Below, piece by piece: positions 1-7,597 of a stretch of DNA of 14,901 nt. The stretch comes from Candidatus Methylomirabilota bacterium (GTDB lineage: Bacteria > Methylomirabilota > Methylomirabilia > Rokubacteriales > CSP1-6), in the NCBI GenBank assembly GCA_046726415.1, contig JBKPAK010000280.1:1-14901 (forward strand). Reading direction: 5' to 3'. A model generated the notes under the pieces. It had not been told where the DNA came from, searched no databases, and was given only the letters and a program-made list of their open reading frames with translations. The position numbers were made by a program, and so were the translations under genes. Within the stretch, counting starts at the first letter, position 1, and every line of letters starts with the position of its first letter.

Positions 1-1
1 C

Positions 2-271
2 GTGGAGAGTGAGGGCTTCGCCGTGGCGGTCATCTACCATTCCCACGTGGACGCCGGCGCCTATTTCTCGGAGACGGATCGGCGTCAGGCCCTGATGGGC
101 GGCGAGCCCATGTATCCCCACGCGGCGTACCTGGTGTCCTCCGTGCGGGGCGAGGCAGGCGGCCCGCGCGTCGACGCGACCGCGGGGTTCCGCTGGGATT
201 CTGGGCGAGGGGATTTCGTGACGGTAGAACTGGACGAGAGTGCGCTGCAGGGAGGACGGCGGGATGCGTGA
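2..271 (+). CDS. JAMM/MPN+ (Mov34, M67 family) metallopeptidase, Mec-like; 5'-truncated at window edge
   Basis: Translation contains [15 protein letters not shown], matching the JAMM zinc motif H-x-H-x7-S-x2-D. The upstream catalytic Glu region is missing, so the true start is probably outside the window. Stop TGA at 269-271. Confidence 0.8.
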   Translation: MESEGFAVAVIYHSHVDAGAYFSETDRRQALMGGEPMYPHAAYLVSSVRGEAGGPRVDATAGFRWDSGRGDFVTVELDESALQGGRRDA

Positions 272-1553
272 ATCGAGTCGTCTACTGCGCGCCGCCGAGG
301 CGCTCATCCCGGGGGGCGTGAACAGCCCGGTTCGAGCGTTTCGAGGAGTCGGCGGGGAGCCGTTCTTCGTGGCCCGGGCGGAGGGGGCGCGCCTCTACGA
401 TGTGGACGGACGCGCCTATGTCGACTTCGTGGGCTCGTGGGGTCCGCTGATCCTCGGCCACGCGGCTGCCGTGATCGTGGAGGCGGTGGCCGAGGCCGCG
501 CGGCGGGGCACGAGTTACGGCGCCCCCACGGCCACAGAAGTGGAGCTGGCCGAGGCCATCCACGCTGCCTTCCCGTCGATGGAGATGCTCCGGCTCGTCA
601 GCTCGGGGACGGAAGCCGCTATGAGCGCCATCCGCCTCGCGCGGGGAGCGACCGGGCGCGATGTCATCGTCAAGTTCGACGGCTGCTATCACGGCCACGC
701 CGACAGCTTGCTCGTAAAGGCGGGCTCGGGAGGCGCCACCTTCTCGATCCCCGACAGCCGCGGTGTGCCGGCCGCCTTGGCCGCCTTGACCGTGACCGTG
801 CCGTTCAACGATCTCGACGAGGTGGCCGCGGCCCTGGGCCGGCATCCGGACGCCGTGGCGGCGGTGGTAGTCGAGCCGGTCGCGGGAAACATGGGTGTCG
901 TGCCACCGGCCCCTGGGTTTCTGAGGGGGCTGCGCGAGCTGTGCACCCGGTATGGAGCGCTCCTGATCTTCGACGAGGTCATCACGGGTTTCCGCGTGGC
1001 CTATGGAGGTGCCCAGGCCCGCTACGGCGTCCAGGCCGACCTCACGTGCCTCGGCAAGATCATCGGCGGCGGGCTTCCCGTGGGCGCCTACGGGGGGCGC
1101 GCCGACCTCATGCGTCACGTGGCCCCGCTCGGAGGCGTGTATCAGGCCGGAACCTTGTCGGGCAATCCGCTCGCCGTGGCGGCCGGCCTCGCCACGCTCC
1201 GGGCACTGCGCGAGGATCGCGGCGCGTACGACCGGCTGGAACGCCTCGGGGCACAGCTGGAGGCCGGGCTTCGCCGCGCCGCCGACAAGGCGGGCTTGCC
1301 CCTGACCGTGAACCGCGTCGGCTCGATGCTGACGGGGTTCTTCACCGAAGGTCCGGTGCGCAACTATGCCGAAGCGCGCCGGGCGGATATGGCCCGCTAC
1401 GGGCGCTTCTTTCACGCGATGCTCGAGCGCGGTGCGTATTTCGCGCCGTCGCAGTTCGAGGCGGCCTTCGTCTCGCTCGCGCACAGCGAGACCGATCTCG
1501 AGGAGGTCGAGCGGGCGGCCGTGGAAAGCGCGGCCTCCGCCGGCTTGGCCTAA
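264..1553 (+). CDS. hemL: Glutamate-1-semialdehyde 2,1-aminomutase
   Basis: Hallmark motifs [47 protein letters not shown]-lysine [16 protein letters not shown] and [10 protein letters not shown]. Start placed at ATG 264 (GGAGG at 251-255) rather than the track's 240; it overlaps the upstream stop. Confidence 0.96.
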   Translation: MRESSRLLRAAEALIPGGVNSPVRAFRGVGGEPFFVARAEGARLYDVDGRAYVDFVGSWGPLILGHAAAVIVEAVAEAARRGTSYGAPTATEVELAEAIHAAFPSMEMLRLVSSGTEAAMSAIRLARGATGRDVIVKFDGCYHGHADSLLVKAGSGGATFSIPDSRGVPAALAALTVTVPFNDLDEVAAALGRHPDAVAAVVVEPVAGNMGVVPPAPGFLRGLRELCTRYGALLIFDEVITGFRVAYGGAQARYGVQADLTCLGKIIGGGLPVGAYGGRADLMRHVAPLGGVYQAGTLSGNPLAVAAGLATLRALREDRGAYDRLERLGAQLEAGLRRAADKAGLPLTVNRVGSMLTGFFTEGPVRNYAEARRADMARYGRFFHAMLERGAYFAPSQFEAAFVSLAHSETDLEEVERAAVESAASAGLA

Positions 1554-1685
1554 GCGCCTGGCAGGGAATCGAGGAGAGCTCGGGCTGGACCGCCCGTCTC
1601 ACGAACCGTGAAGGCGACGCTGTATCACGTCCAGGTCAACTAGGCGCGGTGCATCGGGTAGGACCTGTCCAAGGGCGCGAACGTG

Positions 1686-1715
1686 TTGACTTCATTTCAA
1701 CGCTGGTGATAGAGT
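1686..1715 (+). promoter_or_regulatory. Putative sigma70 promoter of the act operon
   Basis: -35 TTGACT (1686-1691), 18-bp spacer, extended -10 TG-a-TAGAGT (1707-1715), in a locally AT-rich patch 40 bp upstream of the actA ATG. GGAGG at 1736-1740. Confidence 0.6.
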
Positions 1716-1721
1716 TCACAA
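1704..1721. promoter_or_regulatory. Rex-like (or CRP/FNR-family) operator overlapping the -10 element
   Basis: TGGTGAT-AGAG-TTCACAA versus the Rex consensus TTGTGAA-N4-TTCACAA (12/14 matches, perfect right arm). It also reads GGTGA-N6-TCACA, the CRP-type spacing. Confidence 0.5.
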
Positions 1722-1754
1722 GCTTCGTCATACCCGGAGGACCCTCAACGGTCG

Positions 1755-2345
1755 ATGAGAGCGAAGGCGGGCGTCGGTGCCCTGGGGCTAATACTGCTCG
1801 CCCTCCTGATCTTCACGGCGCTGTCGTCGTGGGGCCGCCGGCCGACCCCGGCGGTGGCCGCGCCGCAACCGATCAATTTCCCCCACAGCGTGCACGTGCA
1901 GACCTACAAGATCGACTGCCAGTACTGCCACAGCGACGCGCGGCGCTCCGAGTACGCTGGGCTGCCGTCGGTTTCGCGCTGCATGGGGTGCCACCGAATT
2001 ACGGCCGCCGACAAGCCAGAGATCAAGAAGCTCGCCGAGTATTGGGCGAAGCAGGAGCCCATTCCGTGGGTCCGCGTCTTCAAGATCCCGGAGTTCACCT
2101 ACTTCCCGCACAAGGCTCACGTGCGGGCCGGGGTGCGGTGCCAGACCTGCCACGGCCCCGTCCAGGAAATGACCACGGTCGTGGCGAGCACGGGGCCGCG
2201 GCTCAGCAACGACCTACTCAATCTCATCGGGCTGCGGCCACCGGCGCCGTCGCTCACCATGGGCTGGTGCATCGACTGTCACCGGCACGAAAACGCCGCG
2301 CGTGGCGCGCAGGCCCCGCTCGACTGCGTGGCCTGCCACCACTGA
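1755..2345 (+). CDS. actA: Alternative complex III pentaheme cytochrome c subunit
   Basis: N-terminal hydrophobic anchor, QPINFPHSVH motif, five CxxCH motifs (CQYCH, CMGCH, CQTCH, CIDCH, CVACH), F(P)HKAH and LTMGWC. First gene of an act-type operon. Confidence 0.9.
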   Translation: MRAKAGVGALGLILLALLIFTALSSWGRRPTPAVAAPQPINFPHSVHVQTYKIDCQYCHSDARRSEYAGLPSVSRCMGCHRITAADKPEIKKLAEYWAKQEPIPWVRVFKIPEFTYFPHKAHVRAGVRCQTCHGPVQEMTTVVASTGPRLSNDLLNLIGLRPPAPSLTMGWCIDCHRHENAARGAQAPLDCVACHH

Positions 2346-2349
2346 ACCC

Positions 2350-5247
2350 ATGAAGAGGCGCGACTTCTTCAGGATCGTGACGACCTCGGGCGCGGCGGCG
2401 GCCGTAGCCGGCTGCCAGCAGGCCACCGAACAGATCCTGGCCGCCGTGACGCCAAATCCCGAGATGGTGCCGGGGGTGGCCTCGTACTATGCGACAACCT
2501 GCCGCGAGTGTCCCTCAGGCTGCGGCGTCTTGGCCCGCAATCGCGACGGTCGGGTGGTCAAGCTGGAGGGCAATCCCGAGCATCCCGTCAATGCGGGCGC
2601 GTTGTGTGCGCGAGGTCAGGCCAGCCTGCAGAAGGTCTACGGTCCTGACCGCTTCGCCGGCGCCCAGCGCCGCGACGGAGCGGCGCTCAAGCCCGTCGCG
2701 TGGGACGAGGCGCTCAAGCAGGTGTCCGACCACATCAGCCAGCTTCGACAGTCTGGCAAGGGGCGCGGCGTTGTGCTCGTCACCCAGTTGGAGACGGGGA
2801 GTACGGGCGCCTTGCTCGACCGCTGGACCGAGGCCATGGGCGCGCGGCCCCGCGTCATGCTGGAACCGTTCGCCTACGAGGCCATCCGCGCCGCAAACCG
2901 GCAGGTGTTCGGCCGCGACGCCATCCCCCACTACGCGTTCGCCGACGCCGAGGTCATCCTGAACTTTGGTGCCGACTGGGCGGAGACCTGGCTCCAGGGG
3001 GTGGATGCCGCGCGCGGCTTCACCAGGATGCATTCCTTCCGCGGAGGGCGCGCGGGCACCGTCATCCATGTGGAGCCGAGGCAGTCGCTCACCGCGTCCA
3101 ACGCCGACCACTGGATCCGCAACGCCCCAGGCACGGATGGAGCGCTGGCCCTGGCCATCCTGAAGGTGATGGTCGAGGAAGGGCTTGCCGACAAGCAGTT
3201 CGGCGATGTCGTGGAGGCAGTTGACGTGAACGCGACCTCCAGGGAGAGCGGAGTCCCGGTGGCGGCGATCAGGCATGCCGCGGAGCTCTTCGCTCGCGCC
3301 AAGCCCGGACTGGCGATCGGCGGCGGGATGGCGACGATGGGCTCGAACGCCACGGTTACTCTGGTCGCCATCAATCTGCTCAATCTCGCTGCCGGCAATG
3401 TCGGCAAGACCGTCCGCTTTGGACCCGATTCGGCCTTCGGCAAGGCCACATCCTACGCCGACGTCGCCGCACTGTTCGAGGCCATGGGCAAGGGGGAGAT
3501 CGAGCTCCTCCTCCTTGGTGAAGGCGTCAATCCCGCCTTCACCCTTCCCGGCGGACTCAAGGCCGCGGAGGCCATCAAGAAGGTCGGGATGGTGGTGAGC
3601 TTCGCCAACCAGCCAGATGAGACGACGGCGCTGGCGCATCTGGTCCTCCCCGACGCGCATTGGCTCGAGTCCTGGGGTGACTACGCACCGCGCGGAGGCG
3701 TGGTGGGGCTGATGCAGCCGACGATGGCCCCGATCCGCGATTCGCGATCCATGGGCGATGTCCTGATTGCGCTCGCCCGGACCGTGCTGGGGACCGAGGA
3801 GGGCAAGGGGCCACTGCCGTGGGCCGGCATGGCGCAATACGTGCGAGAGACATGGGAAGCGGCCCTGCCCGGGCAATGGCCGGCCGCGCTTCAGCAGGGC
3901 GGAGCATGGAGGGACGTTGCCCCGGTCGCGGTAACGGCCAAGGTCTCCGCTCTGGAGATGACGGCGCCGAAGCTCGAAGGCGACACCGGGGGGTTCACGC
4001 TGTGGGCGTATCCGTCATTCCGCTTCTACGACGGGCGCGGGGCGGCCAGCTCGTGGCTGCAGGAAACGCCCGACACGATGACGCAATCCGTGTGGGACAC
4101 CTGGGTCGAGGTGCCCAAGGAGGTCGCGGCCAAGCTCGGTATCGAGCGGGGCGACGTGGTCAAAGTCAGCTCGCCTCAGGGGGCCATCGAGCTGCCGGCC
4201 TACATCTCCGCCTCGCTTCATCCGAACACGGTGGCGATTCCGGTCGGTCATCGCTACGCGCCCTATCAGCTCGGGCGCTACGTCTCCGCGACGACCGCGG
4301 GCGCCAATCCGGTGGCCCTTCTGCCCAGGGGCTCGGAAAGCGCATCGGGAGGGCCGCTCTACCTGGGCACCAAGGTGACCCTCACCAAGACCGGAGCACG
4401 GCGGCCGCTGGCCGTGTTGCAGGCCACCCACGACCAGGACCAACGCGAGATCGCCCAGCATGTCGATCTGCGCGCGGCCCGCGAAGAGGCCCTGCGCGGC
4501 AAGACGATGAAGCACGACCTTCCCAGCCTCTATCCCCCCCAGAAGTATCCCGGCTACCGCTGGGGCATGACCGTTGACGTCGACACCTGCGTGGGCTGCC
4601 AGGCGTGTGTGGTGGCGTGCCAGGCTGAGAACAACATTCCCATCGTGGGCAAGGCGCAGGCCGCCTACGGGCGCCAGTTGCAGTGGCTCCGCGTTGAGCG
4701 CTGGGCCGAGGGTAAGCCCGAGCATCCGGAGCAGATCTTCCTGCCGATGTTCTGTCAGCACTGCGAGATCGCGCCCTGCGAGCCGGTGTGCCCGGTCTTC
4801 GCCGCCTATCGGACGGAAGAGGGCCTGAACGGTCAGGTCTACAACCGCTGCGTGGGCACCCGCTATTGCGGCAACAACTGCCCCTATCATGTGCGCCGTT
4901 TCAACTGGTACAACTACGAGTACCCGCCGCCGCTCGAGGTGCAGCTCAATCCCGACGTCACCGTCCGCCAGCTCGGCGTCATGGAGAAGTGCACGATGTG
5001 CATCCAGCGCATCATGGCCGGCAAGGACCGGGCCCGGGACGAGAGGCGGCCGGTGAAGGATGGCGACATTCTGACGGCCTGCCAGCAGACCTGTCCCACC
5101 CAGGCCATCACCTTCGGGAATCTCAAGGATGACACGAGCGAGGTGACCAAACTCTCTCATGCCCCGCGCGCGTATCACGTGCTCGAGGAAATCGGCACCC
5201 GACCATCGGTGACCTATCTCAAGAAAGTCGTGAGGACGCACGCGTGA
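2350..5247 (+). CDS. actB: Alternative complex III subunit ActB: Tat-exported molybdopterin-oxidoreductase-fold domain fused to a four-cluster Fe-S (NrfC/PsrB-like) domain
   Basis: ATG 2350 begins MKRRDFFRIV (twin-arginine) followed by the lipobox AVAG-C22. ActB-type motifs KLEGNPEHP and YDGRG...WLQETPD. C-terminal motifs CVGCQACVVAC, CQHCEIAPCEPVCP, CVGTRYCGNNCP ([3Fe-4S]-type, Thr replacing a Cys) and CTMC...CQQTCP. Confidence 0.9.
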   Translation: MKRRDFFRIVTTSGAAAAVAGCQQATEQILAAVTPNPEMVPGVASYYATTCRECPSGCGVLARNRDGRVVKLEGNPEHPVNAGALCARGQASLQKVYGPDRFAGAQRRDGAALKPVAWDEALKQVSDHISQLRQSGKGRGVVLVTQLETGSTGALLDRWTEAMGARPRVMLEPFAYEAIRAANRQVFGRDAIPHYAFADAEVILNFGADWAETWLQGVDAARGFTRMHSFRGGRAGTVIHVEPRQSLTASNADHWIRNAPGTDGALALAILKVMVEEGLADKQFGDVVEAVDVNATSRESGVPVAAIRHAAELFARAKPGLAIGGGMATMGSNATVTLVAINLLNLAAGNVGKTVRFGPDSAFGKATSYADVAALFEAMGKGEIELLLLGEGVNPAFTLPGGLKAAEAIKKVGMVVSFANQPDETTALAHLVLPDAHWLESWGDYAPRGGVVGLMQPTMAPIRDSRSMGDVLIALARTVLGTEEGKGPLPWAGMAQYVRETWEAALPGQWPAALQQGGAWRDVAPVAVTAKVSALEMTAPKLEGDTGGFTLWAYPSFRFYDGRGAASSWLQETPDTMTQSVWDTWVEVPKEVAAKLGIERGDVVKVSSPQGAIELPAYISASLHPNTVAIPVGHRYAPYQLGRYVSATTAGANPVALLPRGSESASGGPLYLGTKVTLTKTGARRPLAVLQATHDQDQREIAQHVDLRAAREEALRGKTMKHDLPSLYPPQKYPGYRWGMTVDVDTCVGCQACVVACQAENNIPIVGKAQAAYGRQLQWLRVERWAEGKPEHPEQIFLPMFCQHCEIAPCEPVCPVFAAYRTEEGLNGQVYNRCVGTRYCGNNCPYHVRRFNWYNYEYPPPLEVQLNPDVTVRQLGVMEKCTMCIQRIMAGKDRARDERRPVKDGDILTACQQTCPTQAITFGNLKDDTSEVTKLSHAPRAYHVLEEIGTRPSVTYLKKVVRTHA

Positions 5248-6593
5248 GTGCCGTGCCCGAGTCGCTGACGCCGACGTACGCCGACGTCAACCGCGACGTC
5301 GAGCGGACGCTCCAGCCGCCCGGGAACCTCTACTTCGCTTGGATGTCCCTCGTCGGGCTCATCCTCACCGCCGGCATCCTGGCCTGGACGTACCAGATCT
5401 GGGTGGGCATGGGAGCGGCCGGCAAGCGCACACCCCAGATGTGGGCGATGTACATCACCACGTTCGTCTTTTGGATCGGCATCGGTCACGCCGGAACGCT
5501 GATCTCGGCCATTCTCTATCTGTTTCGGGCCCGCTGGCGGACGTCGATCTTCCGCGCCGCCGAGGCCATGACCATCTTCGCCGTGTTGACGGCAGGGTTG
5601 TTTCCCTTGATCCACGCCGGGCGGATGTGGTTCGCCTACTTCCTCTTGCCGTATGCCAATCAGCGCGATCTGTGGCCGAACTTCAAGTCGCCGCTGGTCT
5701 GGGACGTCTTCGCCATCTCCACGTACCTGAGCATCAGCACGGTGTTCTTCATCACGGGTCTCGTCCCGGATATCGCCGCGCTCCGCGACACGGCGACCGG
5801 CTGGCGACGGCGGATCTACGCGATGCTATCGCTGGGCTGGGAAGGGGCGGACTCTCAGTGGCGGCACTACCGCCGAGCCTACGGGCTCTTCGCCGCCCTC
5901 GCCACTCCGCTCGTGCTCTCTGTCCACAGCGTGGTGTCCTGGGACTTCGCCATGGCCCTGGTCCCCGGCTGGCACTCCACCCTCTTCGCCCCCTTCTTCG
6001 TCGACGGGGCCATCTTCTCGGGGTTCGCCATGGTGCTCGTGCTGGTGCTGCCCATGCGGCACTTCTTCAAGCTCCACCAGTACATCAGGGACAAGCACCT
6101 GGACGCCATGGCCAAGCTGATTCTCGTGACTGGGCTCGTACTGACCTACTTCTACATCTGCGAGATCTTCACCGCCTGGTACAGCGGCGACCACTTCGAG
6201 AAAGCGTCCCTCTTCTGGAAGGTCACCAAGTCGTACGCGTGGGCCCTCTGGCTCATGTACTTCTGCAACTGCGTGTCGCCCCTGATCCTCTTCTGGAAGA
6301 AGGCGCGCACCAACGTCGTCATCCTCTACATCGTCTCTATCCTCGTCCTGATCGGGATGTGGTTCGAGCGGTTTAACATCATCGTGCCCTCCCTCGGGCA
6401 TGACTTCTACCCGTACACGTGGGGGATCTACGTCCCGTCGCCGACCGACACCATGATCGTGATCGGCAGCTTCGCCTGGTTCCTCCTGCTCTTTCTGGGC
6501 TTCATCAAGCTGATGCCGTCGCTGTCGATCGTCGAGGTCAAGGAGGTCATTCCGCCGCCCATGAAGGAAGCGCGCCATGGCGGCCACCACTGA
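5244..6593 (+). CDS. actC: Alternative complex III quinol-binding membrane subunit (NrfD/PsrC family)
   Basis: Polytopic membrane protein with FWIGIGHAGTLISAIL, RAAEAMT, HAGR, NFKSPLVWDVFAISTY, PLVLSVHSVVSWDFA..PGWHST and GMWFERF. GTG start overlaps the actB stop (GTGA). Confidence 0.93.
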   Translation: MSAVPESLTPTYADVNRDVERTLQPPGNLYFAWMSLVGLILTAGILAWTYQIWVGMGAAGKRTPQMWAMYITTFVFWIGIGHAGTLISAILYLFRARWRTSIFRAAEAMTIFAVLTAGLFPLIHAGRMWFAYFLLPYANQRDLWPNFKSPLVWDVFAISTYLSISTVFFITGLVPDIAALRDTATGWRRRIYAMLSLGWEGADSQWRHYRRAYGLFAALATPLVLSVHSVVSWDFAMALVPGWHSTLFAPFFVDGAIFSGFAMVLVLVLPMRHFFKLHQYIRDKHLDAMAKLILVTGLVLTYFYICEIFTAWYSGDHFEKASLFWKVTKSYAWALWLMYFCNCVSPLILFWKKARTNVVILYIVSILVLIGMWFERFNIIVPSLGHDFYPYTWGIYVPSPTDTMIVIGSFAWFLLLFLGFIKLMPSLSIVEVKEVIPPPMKEARHGGHH

Positions 6594-7089
6594 GAGCGTG
6601 CTGGGTGTATTCGCGCACGTGGACACCACCGTGCGCGCCTTGGAGGAATTGAAGGCCAAGGGCTACCATGACCTCACCGTCTACATGCCGGTGCCCGTCC
6701 ACCAGATCGAGGACGTGATCGAGCGGGACCGGCCCGTGAGCAAGGTGCGGCTGTTTACCCTCATCGGTGGCCTCACCGGCACCATGTGCGGCTTCTTCCT
6801 CACGATCTGGTCGGCGCTGGTATGGGGGCTCACGACCGGCGGCAAGCCCGCGGCATCGATCCCCCCCTATGTGGTGATCGCCTTCGAGCTGACGATCCTG
6901 TTCGGGGGCATCGCCACCCTGATCGGGATGATCGTGTTGGGCCGGCTGCCCCGCTTCACACCCTCGGCTACCTACGATCCGCGCTTTACCAACGATCGCT
7001 TCGGGGTGGCCGTCCATTGCGTGCCCGAGCGCGGCGGATCGGTCCGCGACATCCTGCGAACCGCGGGAGCCGAGGAGGTCCGGTCCTGA
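6577..7089 (+). CDS. actD: Alternative complex III subunit ActD (DUF3341-like)
   Basis: 170 aa, two central TM helices linked by GGKP, plus FELTILFG and YDPRFTNDRFGV motifs. Directly after actC with a 17-bp overlap. Confidence 0.88.
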   Translation: MAATTESVLGVFAHVDTTVRALEELKAKGYHDLTVYMPVPVHQIEDVIERDRPVSKVRLFTLIGGLTGTMCGFFLTIWSALVWGLTTGGKPAASIPPYVVIAFELTILFGGIATLIGMIVLGRLPRFTPSATYDPRFTNDRFGVAVHCVPERGGSVRDILRTAGAEEVRS

Positions 7090-7090
7090 G

Positions 7091-7597
7091 ATGAAGTACG
7101 TCTTCATCCTCGTGCTCCTGCTGATCGCGGGGGCGGGCGCGCTGATGGGAGCCGCGGTGGTCGTGCGCTGGACGCACAACATGACGGAGTCCCCCCGCAT
7201 CATGCCCGGTCAGCGCGTGTTCACCATGCCGGCCGGCACCCTGCCGCGGGGCGGCACCTTCCTCTATCCTAGGGAGCAGCGCGACCTCGCGGCCAAGGTG
7301 CCGAATCCCATCAAGCCCTCGGAGGCGTCCCTGGCCGTCGGACGGGCGCGCTACGACACGTTCTGCGTGCCGTGCCACGGCCTGGAGGCAAAGGGCGGCG
7401 TGACGGGTCCGGTGGCGGCGAAGTTCATCCCACCCCCGGACCTCACCAACGGCGACCTTCAGAAGGCGCGGACCGACGGCTACTGGCACAGTTACATCAT
7501 GGTGGGCGGGGCCGTCATGCCGTCCTACGGGGAGGCCCTCTCCTCGCAGGAGGCCTGGGACATCGTCAACTACCTCCGGACCCTGGCCGCCCGATGA
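7091..7597 (+). CDS. actE: Alternative complex III monoheme cytochrome c subunit
   Basis: N-terminal hydrophobic helix, a single CVPCH, distal Met in AVMPSYG and the C-terminal W-x-IVNYLR motif. Lies between actD and actF. Confidence 0.88.
   Translation: MKYVFILVLLLIAGAGALMGAAVVVRWTHNMTESPRIMPGQRVFTMPAGTLPRGGTFLYPREQRDLAAKVPNPIKPSEASLAVGRARYDTFCVPCHGLEAKGGVTGPVAAKFIPPPDLTNGDLQKARTDGYWHSYIMVGGAVMPSYGEALSSQEAWDIVNYLRTLAAR

Noticed and set aside
1599..1670. Short palindromes after hemL (TCACG-AAC-CGTGA; GGAC-CT-GTCC)
   Set aside because: Too short, with no U-tract and no match to a known operator spacing.
437..2353. 638-aa alternative-frame ORF, plus other long same-strand shadow ORFs (5339-6376, 7605-8876, 3819-4577)
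   Set aside because: Arg/Gly/Pro-rich with no motifs and overlapping well-supported genes; expected from stop-codon scarcity in high-GC DNA.
2350..6593. Polysulfide/tetrathionate/arsenate reductase (PsrABC-like) or NrfCD assignment
   Set aside because: The fused ActB architecture, pentaheme ActA, ActD, ActE and ActF in canonical order identify ACIII, and no obvious Mo-ligand residue is present.
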